A DNA stretch of 64,000 bases, from the NCBI GenBank assembly GCA_028023455.1, contig JAQFVV010000010.1, positions 1,054,001-1,118,000 on the forward strand, in the 5' to 3' direction. Under the pieces are notes generated by a model that worked only from the letters and a program-made list of their open reading frames with translations, did not search any database and was not told the origin of the DNA. The stretch comes from Epiperipatus broadwayi (lineage: Eukaryota; Animalia; Onychophora). The first letter of the stretch is position 1; every line of letters begins with the position of its first letter. The position numbers were made by a program, and so were the translations under genes. This document shows, one piece after another, positions 41,519-54,303 of this stretch.

Positions 41519-42520
41519 TTAAGATGATGATGTATAAAACAAAAATGAAATAATAATGAAGGGGGGAACTAAGCACAGTTCATTTATATGATCTATCCAG
41601 ACTTGTATTTATCAAAAAAAAATTTACTTGAGCATGAGATTATGACAAGATTAAATTGTTTAAATTGAATATTAAAAATATATCAAATGTGTGATTTTAA
41701 TAAAACATAATAACTAATACAGAGTGTTAATACAGTAATATAAACATATAGGGTTTTCCAACAAATTCATTATTTTTAAAAAAAATTACTTCCTTAATTA
41801 TTGCTAAACATATATATATATACCATATAATAAATCAATACATATCCACTAATATAGTAATCATAATTAATTGTTTAAAGCATTTGTAATTATTATTACA
41901 AAAATGAGTTAAATAGTTGATAATTTTTAATAGATGATTGTCTCTCTCTCTCTCTTATTATATATGTAATTTTAGAATTTAGATACTTTTCTATTTAAAA
42001 TTACTTAAATAAATAATGATAGGAATATGTCATCAATGATAGGTAAAATGTTGAACAATCTCAGAAATTTTATGATAATAATTAATTATTCAACTTTAAC
42101 ATATTTTCTTTTTCAAGTTTATTTAAAGACATTATTTCCCAGGAGCTACTATATTAGATTTGTTTCTGTTTTTTTTTTTTTCATTGCATTTTTTATATTT
42201 AGTTTAAGTTATTGTTTTTATATTATCATTCAGATTACTTTGTGCATATGTAATATGTTATATACTGATGACCTAATACAGAATGTAATAAACCTGAGAA
42301 AAAAGAAGTTACTATTATATAATAAAATTGAAATTCATTTTAAATTTAAGCATTATTAGAGTTTTTAATTTAATATTCATTTATAAATTGGAAATTTTTA
42401 TAGATAACTCTTTAAACTTTTGACATCAAGTTTATTACATTCCTTACATAATTACAATTAAAATTACACATACAGTTTTATCTGTGATATTTCATATCCT
42501 CTAGTTCCAAATATATATAT

Positions 42521-43172
42521 TGTAAGGGTCATTTACAACTTATGTAGACACTCATGTACATGCTTATTTCCAAGTCAGTACTCTCTAATAAACAGCTTAA
42601 CATAATATTTATAAAAAATTAACACACATATATTAGTAATGTCAATTAGAAAGCATTAGCTTTAAATAATAATAAAAAAATTCCCTAACTAGACATAACA
42701 ATTAAAGATTAAAGATTTTTCACATGTATATATAAAATAAAAATTTACCTATTGTTTAATAATCATGGAAACTAACCAAGACTTGAACTTTAAAACCTGA
42801 AAATGATTTAAGTTAAGCATTTCCAAGCAATTCATTGTTCAAAAGATAAAAATTTATGATTCAATTACTTAATTGAAAACACTAACTTAACAATTAATAT
42901 ATAAAAAAAACCTTGTGAAGAAAATTAAAAGAAAAATACTGTAGTGCATTTTTTGAGGATTCAAAGATGAGAATCCCTAAAAAAAGATGACTGACTAAGT
43001 CAAAGAAATTATTCATTTACATACCCTTTGTCAACAAGAAATTCATCTATAATATTAGTCAGTAATCATTCAGGAGAAAATAATCATTATTATTATTAAT
43101 TGTGAAAATTATAAGGGAATAGCAGCATATCATTCAAATATTATCAGAAGAGTAATTTTGCATATGTTAACA
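42521..43172. mobile_element. Possible solo-LTR-like element in a TA microsatellite
   Basis: atat-tgtaaggg start; gttaaca followed by (TA)n. Only the termini support it. Confidence 0.25.
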
Positions 43173-43299
43173 TATATATATATATCACAGACCCACATTT
43201 TAAAACTTTTTAACAATTGTTAGCATATATATCACAGAACTGCATTTTAAAGCTTTTTAACATTAAATAATTTATAAGCAAGAATATTTAAGTTATTTA

Positions 43300-43800
43300 A
43301 AGGTTATTCCCATGTTTTTCGGCTAAACAACTTGTTGTGGAGATCTTGTGGAGATGCTTATCAGAAGATGTAAATATTAATTCATCCATCAAATGCCTAA
43401 TTAAGATGCCAAAATTCTATAAAATAATATTCTACTTTAATTTCAATATATCAGCTTACAGAGAATGGAATATATGCTATGAGAGGGCAGCACCTTATGG
43501 AACCCAACCGACAACACTCACTCTATCAATGTATGAATTCCAGGAGTATGAATCTACAAGATCAAGGGACTTTGCTATAAGGTATAGTAATATTTTATAT
43601 GACATTCAAAAGACAAAAGTGTTGTTTAAACCATCCAAATGAACTGTCTAAATTCCAAACTTTATCTCTGAATAATGGGGAAGCATATGTCTAGTTTAGA
43701 CCATTTTATTTATCAAATCACAAAACGAAAAGGAGGGATTTCAACTCATGAGGTGAATAAATAGTTTTATTTGTAATTAATAAAATGTAGGTTTCCCTTC
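43300..43800 (+). pseudogene. Possible decayed piggyBac-like transposase fragment
   Basis: Across frames: GYSHVF; PKFYKIIFYFNF (cf. Y.IFFDNFF); LTENGIYAM...PNR (cf. L.ENGIYA.GT.R.NR); SSLDHFIYQITKR (cf. GGVD..DQ..Y.I..R). Confidence 0.35.
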
Positions 43801-44324
43801 CAGAACAAGCTTGACAGATCAACCAACTTAATATGGGAAGTAAGAGTTTACATTACCCACATTAAGAACACTATATAAAAGACAGAATTATTTGTTAACT
43901 TGTTATACTAATTAACTAATTTTTTTTTTTTTTTCAGTATGAAAACTAACCTTCTTGAATGCATGTGCTTTACTGTCAACAGTAGATTATTAATATATAG
44001 GGGTTTCTTTTCCAAGAAAGATAGACTTTGTCAATTGGAATGAACTGCAAGAGCACCATTCATTATACTACTGTTTGGGTTTAAATTTAAGCTTGTTAGA
44101 ATTTTTATGTTGAATTTTAATAAATTTGTAAATATTTAGTATCAATGATGCATACCTAACAGGGATAGAAAGGGGATGGTTTGAATTATCAATTATCTTA
44201 TTAAATGTTAGAGATGCATCTCTGGCACTTATTAAATTGCTGTTAAGATTTCAGTTTGAATAGTTATTAATATTTCTTTGTTAAATTAAAATATAATGAA
44301 CTATTTTGAAACTTTAAGAAGTCT

Positions 44325-44545
44325 CTGATATATCAAAACCATTCTATTTTAGTACAACCACATATTGTTTAAATTATATACACAAATATATATATTTTTT
44401 CTGATTTATCAAAACCATTCTATTTTAGTATAACCACATATTGTTTAAATTACATACACACATATTTTTTTCTCTGATTTATCAAAATCATTCTATTTTC
44501 GCATGATTATACATTATTTAAATTATATGCATACACACACTCTTT
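44325..44545. repeat. ~75-bp minisatellite, 3 diverging units
   Basis: ctgat.tatcaaaa.cattctatttt units at 44325, 44401 and 44474. Confidence 0.9.
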
Positions 44546-45337
44546 TTCCTTATGTCATATTTTAGCAAGATCATTAATTCATTGCACTTATATAAAAGTG
44601 AGGATATTGTTATGTATGTGGATTCACCCCTGAAGAGAGTTAACCACAACTTCCCACTGAATTTGAATTCTGTGGCATAATGGAATATGAAAGAGGGGTA
44701 GGAAATGGGTGAACTGGTCTAAATTGTGTTCAGATTTAATGGGTAATTATTTGAGCTAGCCATTGGAGATGAATGCAATCACTGATCAGACTTTTCATTG
44801 TATCACTCATGGCATCCTACAGGAAGACCCTAGGTCCAACCATAGTAAATGCAATTCCCCTCATCCACAAGGAAACTGAACCATTACAATATATATAAAT
44901 TGAAAAGCCAAAAAACACAGTTAAGAACAAATCATTGTCTGTGCATTAAAAATAAAAATTAAGAATAAACATATTGGCCATAAATATGAATAAATGTTCA
45001 AACTGCTGGTATGTTTGTATTTTACATTTTATTATGGCATTTATTTTTTTATCTATTAAAAATTGATATATATAAATTGAACCATATGCTTTAAAAAATT
45101 TTTTATAGATTATAATAAACAAATTTCCTCTTTCTCATCCTCCTCCTCCTTCTTGAAGAATTATTATTATTATTATTATTAGCGTGTAGAGGCCTAGCTA
45201 AACGGAAAACGTTCTTTGTTATTTTTGTTATTTTGTTGGAAGAAAATATTAAATAATTTTTTATAACTTTATTTGTAAGTATATAATTTATCATTGGATT
45301 CAATTGATTTTACTTGGATTGCTCTAATTTTAAAATT

Positions 45338-46852
45338 ATGGGACCTTATAGGAAAGCCTGTCCTCTGTGTAACGATTTAATTTACGGAAGCCAAAAAAGT
45401 GTTAAATGCTCAATGGATTGTTCTTTTAAATTTCATATTGATTGTTTAATATCTAATAATATGGATATTCTTAGAAATAATGGCCAGGATAATTTTGTAT
45501 GTCCAGCTCATTTAGAAATATGTGAAAGTCTACAAGCATCTAATATAACTGCTAGAAATTCAGTTATAGAAACGACTGTCTGTGGAAAATGTTTGACTGA
45601 GATTAATGCTGATGAGTTAAAAATTGTTTGCGGAAAAAAATGTAATAGATCTTTTCATTTAATGTGTATGCAACTAGAAACTATAGATTTAAATTTATTA
45701 GTTGATAAAGATTTCAATAATTTTGTGTGTGTTGATTGTCAAGATTTTATTCAGGAAGAAAATATTTCTTGCTACGAAACAATGTTAAATGAGAGTGCTC
45801 CCCCCTCTGGGCAAGAAAATAGCCATGCTTGTAATCATTGTTGCAGAACTTTACAGGAGCAGATATCTAGTTTATTGTCCACTATAACTGATTTAGCTAA
45901 AAAGATTGATTTTCTCGCTAGCGAGAATCAAAATTTGAAAACTATTATTATTAATAGAGATTTTAAAATAAACGAAAAAATTTCTGGAGATAATATACCA
46001 TTAGTTTCTAAAAAAAAATTTTCTAGAATAGACAAAGATTATTGTGTTTCCCCTTCTCCCACTTCTGAAGACAAAGGAAGTCAAAGTCAAATTTCTATTT
46101 TTACTTCTGAAAAAGAAGGTGTGAATGAAAGTCCAAAAAGTATAGACATTAAAAAAATAAAAATTAGGAAAAGTTTGCCTTTACAAAATAAATCAAATAA
46201 AGAAAAAATTGTGGAAAATGTTGCTTCTATGGAATCAGGGGAAATGATTGCTGAAAATTTATGTCATCAACAATCTAATTTTGAAAGGGGAAATATTATT
46301 TCTAATAATGCTGTTAAAAAGTGGACAGACGTTTTAACTCAAGGTCTAACTGTAGAAAATAAAAATGTTAAAACAGAATATTTTAAAAATACAAAAGTTA
46401 ATGGCAGCGGGCTTCATTTAAAAAAAGACGTTGATTTAGACGGTTTTGAATTAGTTACACACAAGAAAAGGAATGCAAAATCTAATGCATTTAACAAAAA
46501 TGCTATAATAGGAAATCTTGCTGACACACGATTAAAAGCTATTCCTGTTAAACAAAAATATAAAAGATTCTTTTTGACTAGATTAAATCCAGAAGTTACA
46601 TCAAAAGATGTGATTGCTTACATAACAGGAAAGTTAGACACAACTGTGGTATGTCATAAGTTTATACCTGCAAATAAATTTTATTCATTTTATATTTCTG
46701 TCAAAGAAAATGACGTGAGTGAAATAATTAATTCAAATTTTTGGGCGTCAGGCATTTATATATATCCATTTTATGGGAAATTAAATAAAGATTTAATTGT
46801 TAATGAACAAATAAAGGATCAGGTAGTTGAGGATAATATTGGTGATGTATAA
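45338..46852 (+). CDS. LINE ORF1p (504 aa): two PHD fingers, coiled coil, C-terminal RRM-like domain
   Basis: Open frame from ATG 45338; C-x2-C...C-x3-C-x4-H-x2-C patterns twice; heptads LQEQISSLLSTITDLAKKIDFL; FLTRLNP...FYSFYISV...FWASG is typical of T1/Q-like ORF1. Confidence 0.9.
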   Translation: MGPYRKACPLCNDLIYGSQKSVKCSMDCSFKFHIDCLISNNMDILRNNGQDNFVCPAHLEICESLQASNITARNSVIETTVCGKCLTEINADELKIVCGKKCNRSFHLMCMQLETIDLNLLVDKDFNNFVCVDCQDFIQEENISCYETMLNESAPPSGQENSHACNHCCRTLQEQISSLLSTITDLAKKIDFLASENQNLKTIIINRDFKINEKISGDNIPLVSKKKFSRIDKDYCVSPSPTSEDKGSQSQISIFTSEKEGVNESPKSIDIKKIKIRKSLPLQNKSNKEKIVENVASMESGEMIAENLCHQQSNFERGNIISNNAVKKWTDVLTQGLTVENKNVKTEYFKNTKVNGSGLHLKKDVDLDGFELVTHKKRNAKSNAFNKNAIIGNLADTRLKAIPVKQKYKRFFLTRLNPEVTSKDVIAYITGKLDTTVVCHKFIPANKFYSFYISVKENDVSEIINSNFWASGIYIYPFYGKLNKDLIVNEQIKDQVVEDNIGDV

Positions 46853-49694
46853 TGGATTATTGCATTTATAAAGATTGGGAAAATAAAAATTCATCACATA
46901 ACAATGGTAATAATAAGTTAATTAATAAAAGTAACATTTTCTGTTGTTATATGCAAAATGCTAGAGGGTTAAGAACTAAATGCCAGTTATTGAAACATGC
47001 TGTTCTTGCAGAAGAATATGATCTAATAGCATTGACAGAAACATGGTTGAATGATCAATTTGTTACTGATCAGATTGTGGATCATAGATATTTACTTTAT
47101 AGACACGATCGTGTAAACTCTAAGCTTTCAAGAGGTGGAGGTGTTTTATTGGCAGTTAAAAACAACATTGTAACAAAGCAAATAAATATAGAACTAAATT
47201 TTTTTGATTCTATTTGGATTGAAATGGTATTAGGATCTCAATTGTTTTTGGTTGGGAATATATATATTCCTCCTTATATTAATATAATTGAACTAAATAA
47301 TGATTTGGAGAAATTGGAAAAATATTTACTTAATTATAAGCACAATATTTTGATCTGTGGTGACTTTAATGCACGATATGTAATGACAGCAGATGAAATA
47401 ACTGGATTATGCAGTAATGAAATAAATAAAGGACAAAGAATTATAGAATTTATGAATATAACTGGTGTAGTGCAAAGAAATCAGTTAAAAAATAATAATG
47501 GATGTGTTCTAGATTTTATATTAATTAACTTTAGTGACATAGATGTGAGGCATAGTGTACAGCCATTATTGAAGGAAGACTCTCATCATCCAGCAATTGA
47601 GTTTTTTGTTTATGTCAAACACATATCATTAAATAAGGGTATGATAACTTCAAATAGAAATTATAAACTTGGTGATTATTATAATTTATATTGTGACATC
47701 AAGTATGCTGATTGGGACCAAATATATTGTTCCCCAAATGTAAATGAGGCAGTATATCTATTTCAAAAAATTATGCAAAACATTTTAAACAATAGAATAC
47801 CATTATGCTATGAATCATCTAAAAAATATCCTCCTTGGTTCTCTAAGAAATTGATTTGCATTTACAAAAGAAAACATAAGCATCATAAGTTGTTTAAGAA
47901 ATCAGGATCAGTAATATGTTATAATAACTTTATAAATTTTAGAAGATTATTTAAAACCATAGAAAAAATTGATTTCAAAAGATATATTGAGAAACTAGAG
48001 GACAACATAAAGTGCAATTCAAATTACTTTTGGTCATTTATTAAAAAGCATTCCGGTGTAAAAAATAAAATGTCAATTGACAATGGGAGTCTTACAGCTG
48101 ATGATTTTGCCAACTACTTCTTATCATGTACAGAGAAAAATGTGACATCTAAATCACATATAGTTAAATCTGCTTTTAAAAGTAATGATTTGATAGTTAT
48201 TGACTCATTAAATTATAATGACATTTTATTAGCAGTAAAACAGCTTAAAAATAAAAAAAGTTTTGGATATGATATGCTACCTGTTTTTATTTATAAAGGA
48301 TGTGCGGAACTGCTAGCTCCAGTGCTTTGTTATATTTTTAATATCTCTTTACAGCAAGGTATTTTTCCTGATTCGTGAAAAGTTGCAAAAGTTATACCAA
48401 TACCAAAAGTCAAATCAAATGATGTTAGTAATTATAGACCTATTTCATTATTATGTATAGCTGGAAAAATCTTTGAAAAATGTGTGTATAATAAAATAAT
48501 AGATAAAGTATGTAATTCTTTATCTAAAACACAACATGGCTTTATCCCAGGTAGATCTGGTGAGACTAATTTGATAAATATTCAAGATGCTATTGCAAAT
48601 GCAATTGATAACAGATTACAGCTAGATGTGATTTATTTTGATTTAAGCAAAGCATTTGACCGAGTAGATCACTCTAGATTGATTAGTAAGTTGCACACGA
48701 TTGGTTTTAGTTGTGAACTTTTGCAATGGTTCATATCTTTTGTCTCAAATAGACATAATTTTGTATCTTTTGGGTCTGCAAAATCATACACATATTTTAG
48801 TAATGCTGGAGTGCCTCAAGGAAGCATACTTGGACCATTGCTTTTTTCAGTTTATTCTTTGGATATAGAGCAGTGTGTAAGTGGTTCTGACATTCTCTGC
48901 TTTGCAGATGATATTAAACTGTATAAAACTATTAAGAATTTTGATGATCAGAAGATTTTGCAGTCTGATATCAAAAAATTTCAGGATTGGTGTGTGGGAA
49001 ACTATATGGAAATTAACATTGGAAAAAGTTGTGTCATATCGTTTTCTAAAAAATCATCTACAAGTCTGTTTAATTATACACTAAACTCAAAAAGTATTTT
49101 AAGAAAAGAAGATCATAAAAATTTAGGTATTATTTTTAATAATAATGGAACAATAATAATATTCAAAATATTATTACAAAAAGTTATAAAATAATGGGTT
49201 TAATTCTCAGAAACTGTCAAATGTTTAAGAGAAATACATGTGTGTATTTGTTTCATACATTGGTCTTACCTATTTTAAATTATGGATCTTTGATCTGGAA
49301 CTCATCTAAATTAAATAATAGATTAGCACTGGAAAAGGTTTATAAAAATTTTTTCAGATACATTAAATCAGAAATAATATGTGACAACAATGCACTCTAC
49401 AAAAGACGAATCTATACTGATATGAAGTATTTAAAAAAAATTACATCAGGTATAATAGATGTGAGAAGTTGCCAGACAACATTATCATTTAAGGTGAAGA
49501 TAAAGGATACAAGATCAAAAAATTTGTATAATATTCCAAAATTTAAAAGTGAAACATTAAAAAATTCAGCATTAGTAAGATTACCTAGATTGTACAATAA
49601 GTACTTTAATACTGTTAATATATTTGAAACAGATGATAGAACATTTAGGACTACTGTGCAAAAAACTCTGCAAATGATTTGTGAACTAGATTAG
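46852..49694 (+). pseudogene. LINE ORF2 (APE endonuclease + RT) with one nonsense codon and one frameshift
   Basis: QNARGL, LTETWL, GGGVLL, ICGDFN, DSHHPA; in-frame TGA at 48376 where W is expected (PDSWK); YRPISLL, QHGF, FDLSKAFD, GVPQGSILGP, FADD; frameshift near 49153. Confidence 0.95.
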
Positions 49695-49757
49695 CTGTGC
49701 ATTTTTGTTTGGATGTAAAATCTGTTAAATGTACTATATTACATTAAATTAAATTAA

Positions 49758-49760
<3 letters not shown>

Positions 49761-49831
<71 letters not shown>

Positions 49832-49880
49832 CACTACTATTATTATTATTATTGTTGTTGTTGTTGTTCTTGTTGTTATT
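49761..49880. repeat. Compound (ATT)(ACT)(GTT) microsatellite after the LINE tail
   Basis: Directly visible. Confidence 0.92.
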
Positions 49881-52800
49881 GTAATAATAAAGTATTAAGC
49901 TAAATGTTTTAATATTATGGATTAAAATAAGTTAGCCTATTTTGTTCTTAGTTCTTTAAAAATACTTAGATTATTTTAATATTTGCTTAAAAGAATAAAA
50001 TCAATAGTTTGAATGCAAAGAAAAAATTAATTTAAAACTTGCTGTGTTTCAGGTAAATGCAATTAACAAAATTATTATATGCTGTATAAAAATGGTTATT
50101 TACTCTGATAAGATCTTTGTTTGTTGATTGCTTTTTTAATAAACAGTTTTAAATGTTAGTTTATGTAAAAGTGTTTAAAATCAGAATTTAGAGACATTAA
50201 GCATTACTAACTGGGATGTATTAATTTAAATCAGTTTTAAATGTTAGTCATTAATTTATTTTCATTGTTTTAAAATAATGGATATATTTAGTGCACCTGT
50301 GAATGTATGGATGTGAATGCAGGTAAAATTTAAAAGGTTATTACAAATAGTAATATTTTAAAACAACGGATATATGCAATATTATAAGCTTTTATAGAGA
50401 GTGTATTTTAAATAAAGTGTAACATATATATATATAAGTCAATAAGTTTAAATTTTTTAAATAAATCATTTCTTTAATCATTAAATTCAATTAATAAAGT
50501 TCATTTGTATTTTACTTTTTGATCTAGATGTCACATTATTGAATAATCTGGATTGATAAAAGTCAAGGTTAAATTAATCAAGTGTAAAATATAAAAATAA
50601 GCTAATAATTTATATATTATGACAAAATATTGTAAGAGGATTTGTTAAAATATATTACATCATAAAAAATGTAATGGAAAATATTGATGTGCATGATTTC
50701 TATTTAATTAGTTTTGAATTTAATTGATTAGTTTTAATTTAACTTTTTTTAAATCAGTTTAAAAATTTTAAGTTTGATTTTTTTATCATATCCATGGTTG
50801 AACAAAAGATTAAAAAGTCATCCATTGCAATATTACACCCAAAGTATATGTTCAGCTGGCTTATCAAATAATAAATCCTATAAAAATGCTAGAAAATCCT
50901 AGTAATTTTCAAAAAAAGTCAATGAACAACAGAGAGTATGTGAGGAAAAGTATGTTATTTATTCTTATATTAAAGCATTAGCTAAATTTGAACTTTTGCT
51001 ATAATAATCATCTTCAATGATTTAATTACCCTTTTAATTAATTATTAACACTAATTTTAATTGCTAAATAAGTTATTATATTTATAACAAATTAAAATAA
51101 TATAAAAATGATTAAAAAGAGGAGTGACATTTATTTATAATGAAAGACAAAATCATAAAAATTAATCTTTTAAGTACTTTGAAAAAAACTTTATTTAGAT
51201 ATTTTCATGCTAAAATGAATAAGCTAACATCAGATTAACATAATTATCCATTCCAAATTCATCTATCTAGTCATTACAATAGTTTTCTAAATTACTTATT
51301 TGCTTTAAATATATTGCTTTACATTTAAAAAAAGAAAAAAGTAATTTAATTTAAGTTTATGTCATAGTATATATTATTAAATGCCAACTTATCATATAAA
51401 ACTTTGTTAATTAATATTCTCTTTTTGCCCACTTCTCCAATTTGTATTACAATTAAAAATATGTTACAAAGGAACCATATATTATTCAAAATATCTACTA
51501 TCAACTCTTGTCATCTTCAAATTTGTTAAATTTAATTGCAAACATTTTTTTAAAAAAAATCTCTGCTATAAATCTTTGTATATGTGCTTTCTCTGCCTTA
51601 ATGAAAGACTTATATATTGTCATATCATTTTAGGAAAATAATGAAAAGGACTTGAATGAAAAGAGATAATTTTCTTTATAAAGGGAAAAGAATTTAATCT
51701 TTAATCTGAAGAAAGATATATTTATTTTATATATATTTGCTCTATTTAAAATTATTTATAATTATAATTTATGTATTATATTATTATTATAAATGTTTAT
51801 AATGATGGTGTCCAAGAAGTGAAAATGAGTGAGATATATGGTAGAAGGATCTACGAGTTAATTTTTACTATTATTCTGGAGTTCTCTGAACTATTGTTTA
51901 AGTTTAAATAAGCATTTATTTTTATAGCGCTGTGTTATAAATTGTAATACATTAAAGATCAACCTTGTCAAGCTATTGTGCATGCATGATTTTACCCAAG
52001 ATATAACAGCCTTTTTATGTATTTGATATAAGTATTTATAAGCAAAAGTATTATGAATGTCAGCGTGTTTGTGAGAATTTTAGATAGCTTATAAATTGAA
52101 TGTTGTCAACATTATGCAATAACAGTTTCATTGGTGTACACTAGTGTTAGACTGAAGGGATGCATCATATGCCTTCTGTATGTGCATGTGAGAGATATAA
52201 TTATTTAATTATTATTATCATCATCATCATCATTATTATTATCATCAGCTAGTACTATTAGTGGTGTTCTTTTAAACAGTTTTAGGTGGATATTATATTG
52301 CTTTTTATATGCATTTATTCCCTCCATAAATGAAAATATTGCTTGTTTATTTATGGCATTGTTTGCACATAATTATCAGGTGCTCATTCTTATTTTATTT
52401 GTCTGTACTTTCATTATCCCCTTTGCCATAGAATTTCAATGTTAAAATGTATTTCAGTATATTGCAAATGTCTAAAGGCATGTTTGTCTTATAATTCATT
52501 ATTACCTCTGCTATAATTTTAAACTTAAAATATATTATAAGTGTCGAGCATATTTATTTCCTTGCCCCAATATAGTGATATATAAATGTATTATTTATCT
52601 TGCATAGTATTTGTCATAATTCTTTTAAAACCTGATTTTTCAATCCTGTTTTGATCATGAATATCTTATTAATGACCTGGATACAGGCATATAGATGCAT
52701 TGTTATTACTCTATGGGTATAATGTTTGAAATAAAGATCCATATTAGATAAATGGGAGAACTTTTGAATAATGAAAATTACTTATAAATTTTAGGAATGT

Positions 52801-53533
52801 TTTATGAAAGATACATTCATATGTAAAATTTATTAATATTTGTGAGTATAATATATTAAATTATTAAAAAAATAATGCTCATTTTAAATTAAGATTATAT
52901 TGTATAGAAATTATTATATATTGTAAATAACTATTTTTTGTATTAATTAAATATGTTTTTGTTTGGGAAAATGCATTCTTGAGATTGTCCAACAATAAAT
53001 AACACATTTGGAACATTATAATAAATTAAAAATGCATGAATAAATAGAATTAAAATATTTTTCTTGAAATTGAACTCTACTAAACTACTAGAGAAATGTT
53101 AATACTTCAATTACTCATTGGCTAAAAATATAAAAAGCAAATATTTAATAAATAATTATTGTATAAACACTTTCAAAATGAATATCTTGTTTTGACAAAA
53201 TTTGTTCAAATTAATGAACTGTTTTTAAAATATTTTCATAAAGAGAAATGTCAATAGTTGTAAAATTTACCCCAAGGAAAAACCACCAATTATCTGCTAA
53301 AACACAATTAAAAATGAAGAAAAACAACTTGATTCAACTTTAATTAATTATTTTTTAAATTACTACATTAATAGATTTATTCTAAAAGGACAAAATTCTA
53401 TCATAATTTTTATTACTTAAAATAACCTGTATATTTATACTTTACGTTTGTCTTCAATATTATAATATCAAATCATGCTTTCACACTTCCAAAGTAAAGC
53501 TATAACAACAAATTGAAAACTATTTTTATTAAA

Positions 53534-53578
53534 TGGCTGAGTGCTTTCAAGAAGATGTACTTCTCATATTCATAGCCA
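53534..53578 (-). ncRNA. Type-I hammerhead-like motif, A3:U8 core variant (inverted copy)
   Basis: tggct-ATGAATA-T-gagaag-tacat-cttctt-GAAA-GCAC-TC-agcca; perfect 5-bp helix I. Confidence 0.65.
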
Positions 53579-53802
53579 GTTATGATCCTTTCTTTGGAAT
53601 CATTATATAAATAAATCTGATATGCAAATTATATGCAAATGAGTCACTAAGACCATCTTTTAAATATTGCAAAACATGCATCCTTACGATTAATGGCGAA
53701 AGAGTCCTCTGCTATAAAGTATGCTTCTTTTACCTTTCACTTAATATCATGTCTCTCAGTACAAACTAATTTTGCAGATGTGGGTTCGAACATGTGTCCT
53801 GA

Positions 53803-54190
53803 CACACCTATCTCAAGTAATAGGCTTATTAACAACACTAAGGATACTATAGCTTCTGATCAGACCCCACAGGCTGTGTACAGAGTGGCATGCTCTCATA
53901 ATGGATGCAAAGCATCATACTATGGTGAAATGAGAGCCACCATAGCTACTAGGATATCACAACACAAGTATAGATACAATAAGGCACATATGAATCCAGA
54001 AAGCACTTCAAATTTTGCTCAACATCAAAAATTGTCAGGACACGTGTTCGAATCCACATCTGCAAAATTAGTTTGTACTGAGAGACATGATATTATGCGA
54101 AAGGTAAAAGAATCATACTTTATAGCAGAGAACTCTTTCGCCATTAATCGTAAGGATGCATGTTTTGCGATATCTAAAAGATGGTCTTAG
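53803..54190 (+). CDS. PLE GIY-YIG endonuclease C-terminal fragment (no native start)
   Basis: AVYRVACSHNGCKASYYGE...RISQH...NFAQH...GHVF...RKVKES..I...INR. The N-terminal part of the tracked ORF is antisense pLTR sequence. Confidence 0.85.
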
Positions 54191-54258
54191 TGACTCATTT
54201 GCATATAATTTGCATATCAGATTTATTTATATAATGATTCCAAAGAAAGGATCATAAC

Positions 54259-54303
54259 TGGCTATGAATATGAGAAGTACATCTTCTTGAAAGCGCTCAG
54301 TCA
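54259..54303 (+). ncRNA. Type-I hammerhead-like motif, A3:U8 core variant
   Basis: tggct-ATGAATA-T-gagaag-tacat-cttctt-GAAA-GCGC-TC-agtca; palindromic helix III AGCGCT. Confidence 0.7.

Larger units (their letters stand above)
45181..49760 (+). mobile_element. Near-full-length CR1-clade (T1/Q-like) LINE
   Basis: 5' UTR, ORF1, ORF2 (EN+RT) and (TAAAT)n tail; sits between (ATT)n runs. Confidence 0.93.

Noticed and set aside
42027-42359. Hydrophobic Phe/Ile-rich ORFs (also 10588, 36765, 37815, 54494)
   Set aside because: Expected by chance in very AT-rich DNA; no motifs.
44325-44545. Possible CRISPR-like repeat/spacer array (also 23425-23778 and 55394-55498)
   Set aside because: Units are contiguous tandem copies without unique spacers; eukaryotic context with no cas genes.
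44620-44890. GC-richer island as a tRNA-derived SINE
   Set aside because: No convincing A/B boxes or TSD.
49194-49694. Separate ORF3 with a second TAATG overlap
   Set aside because: It is the RT C-terminus; a frameshift near 49153 restores ...IQNIITKSYKIMGLILRN.
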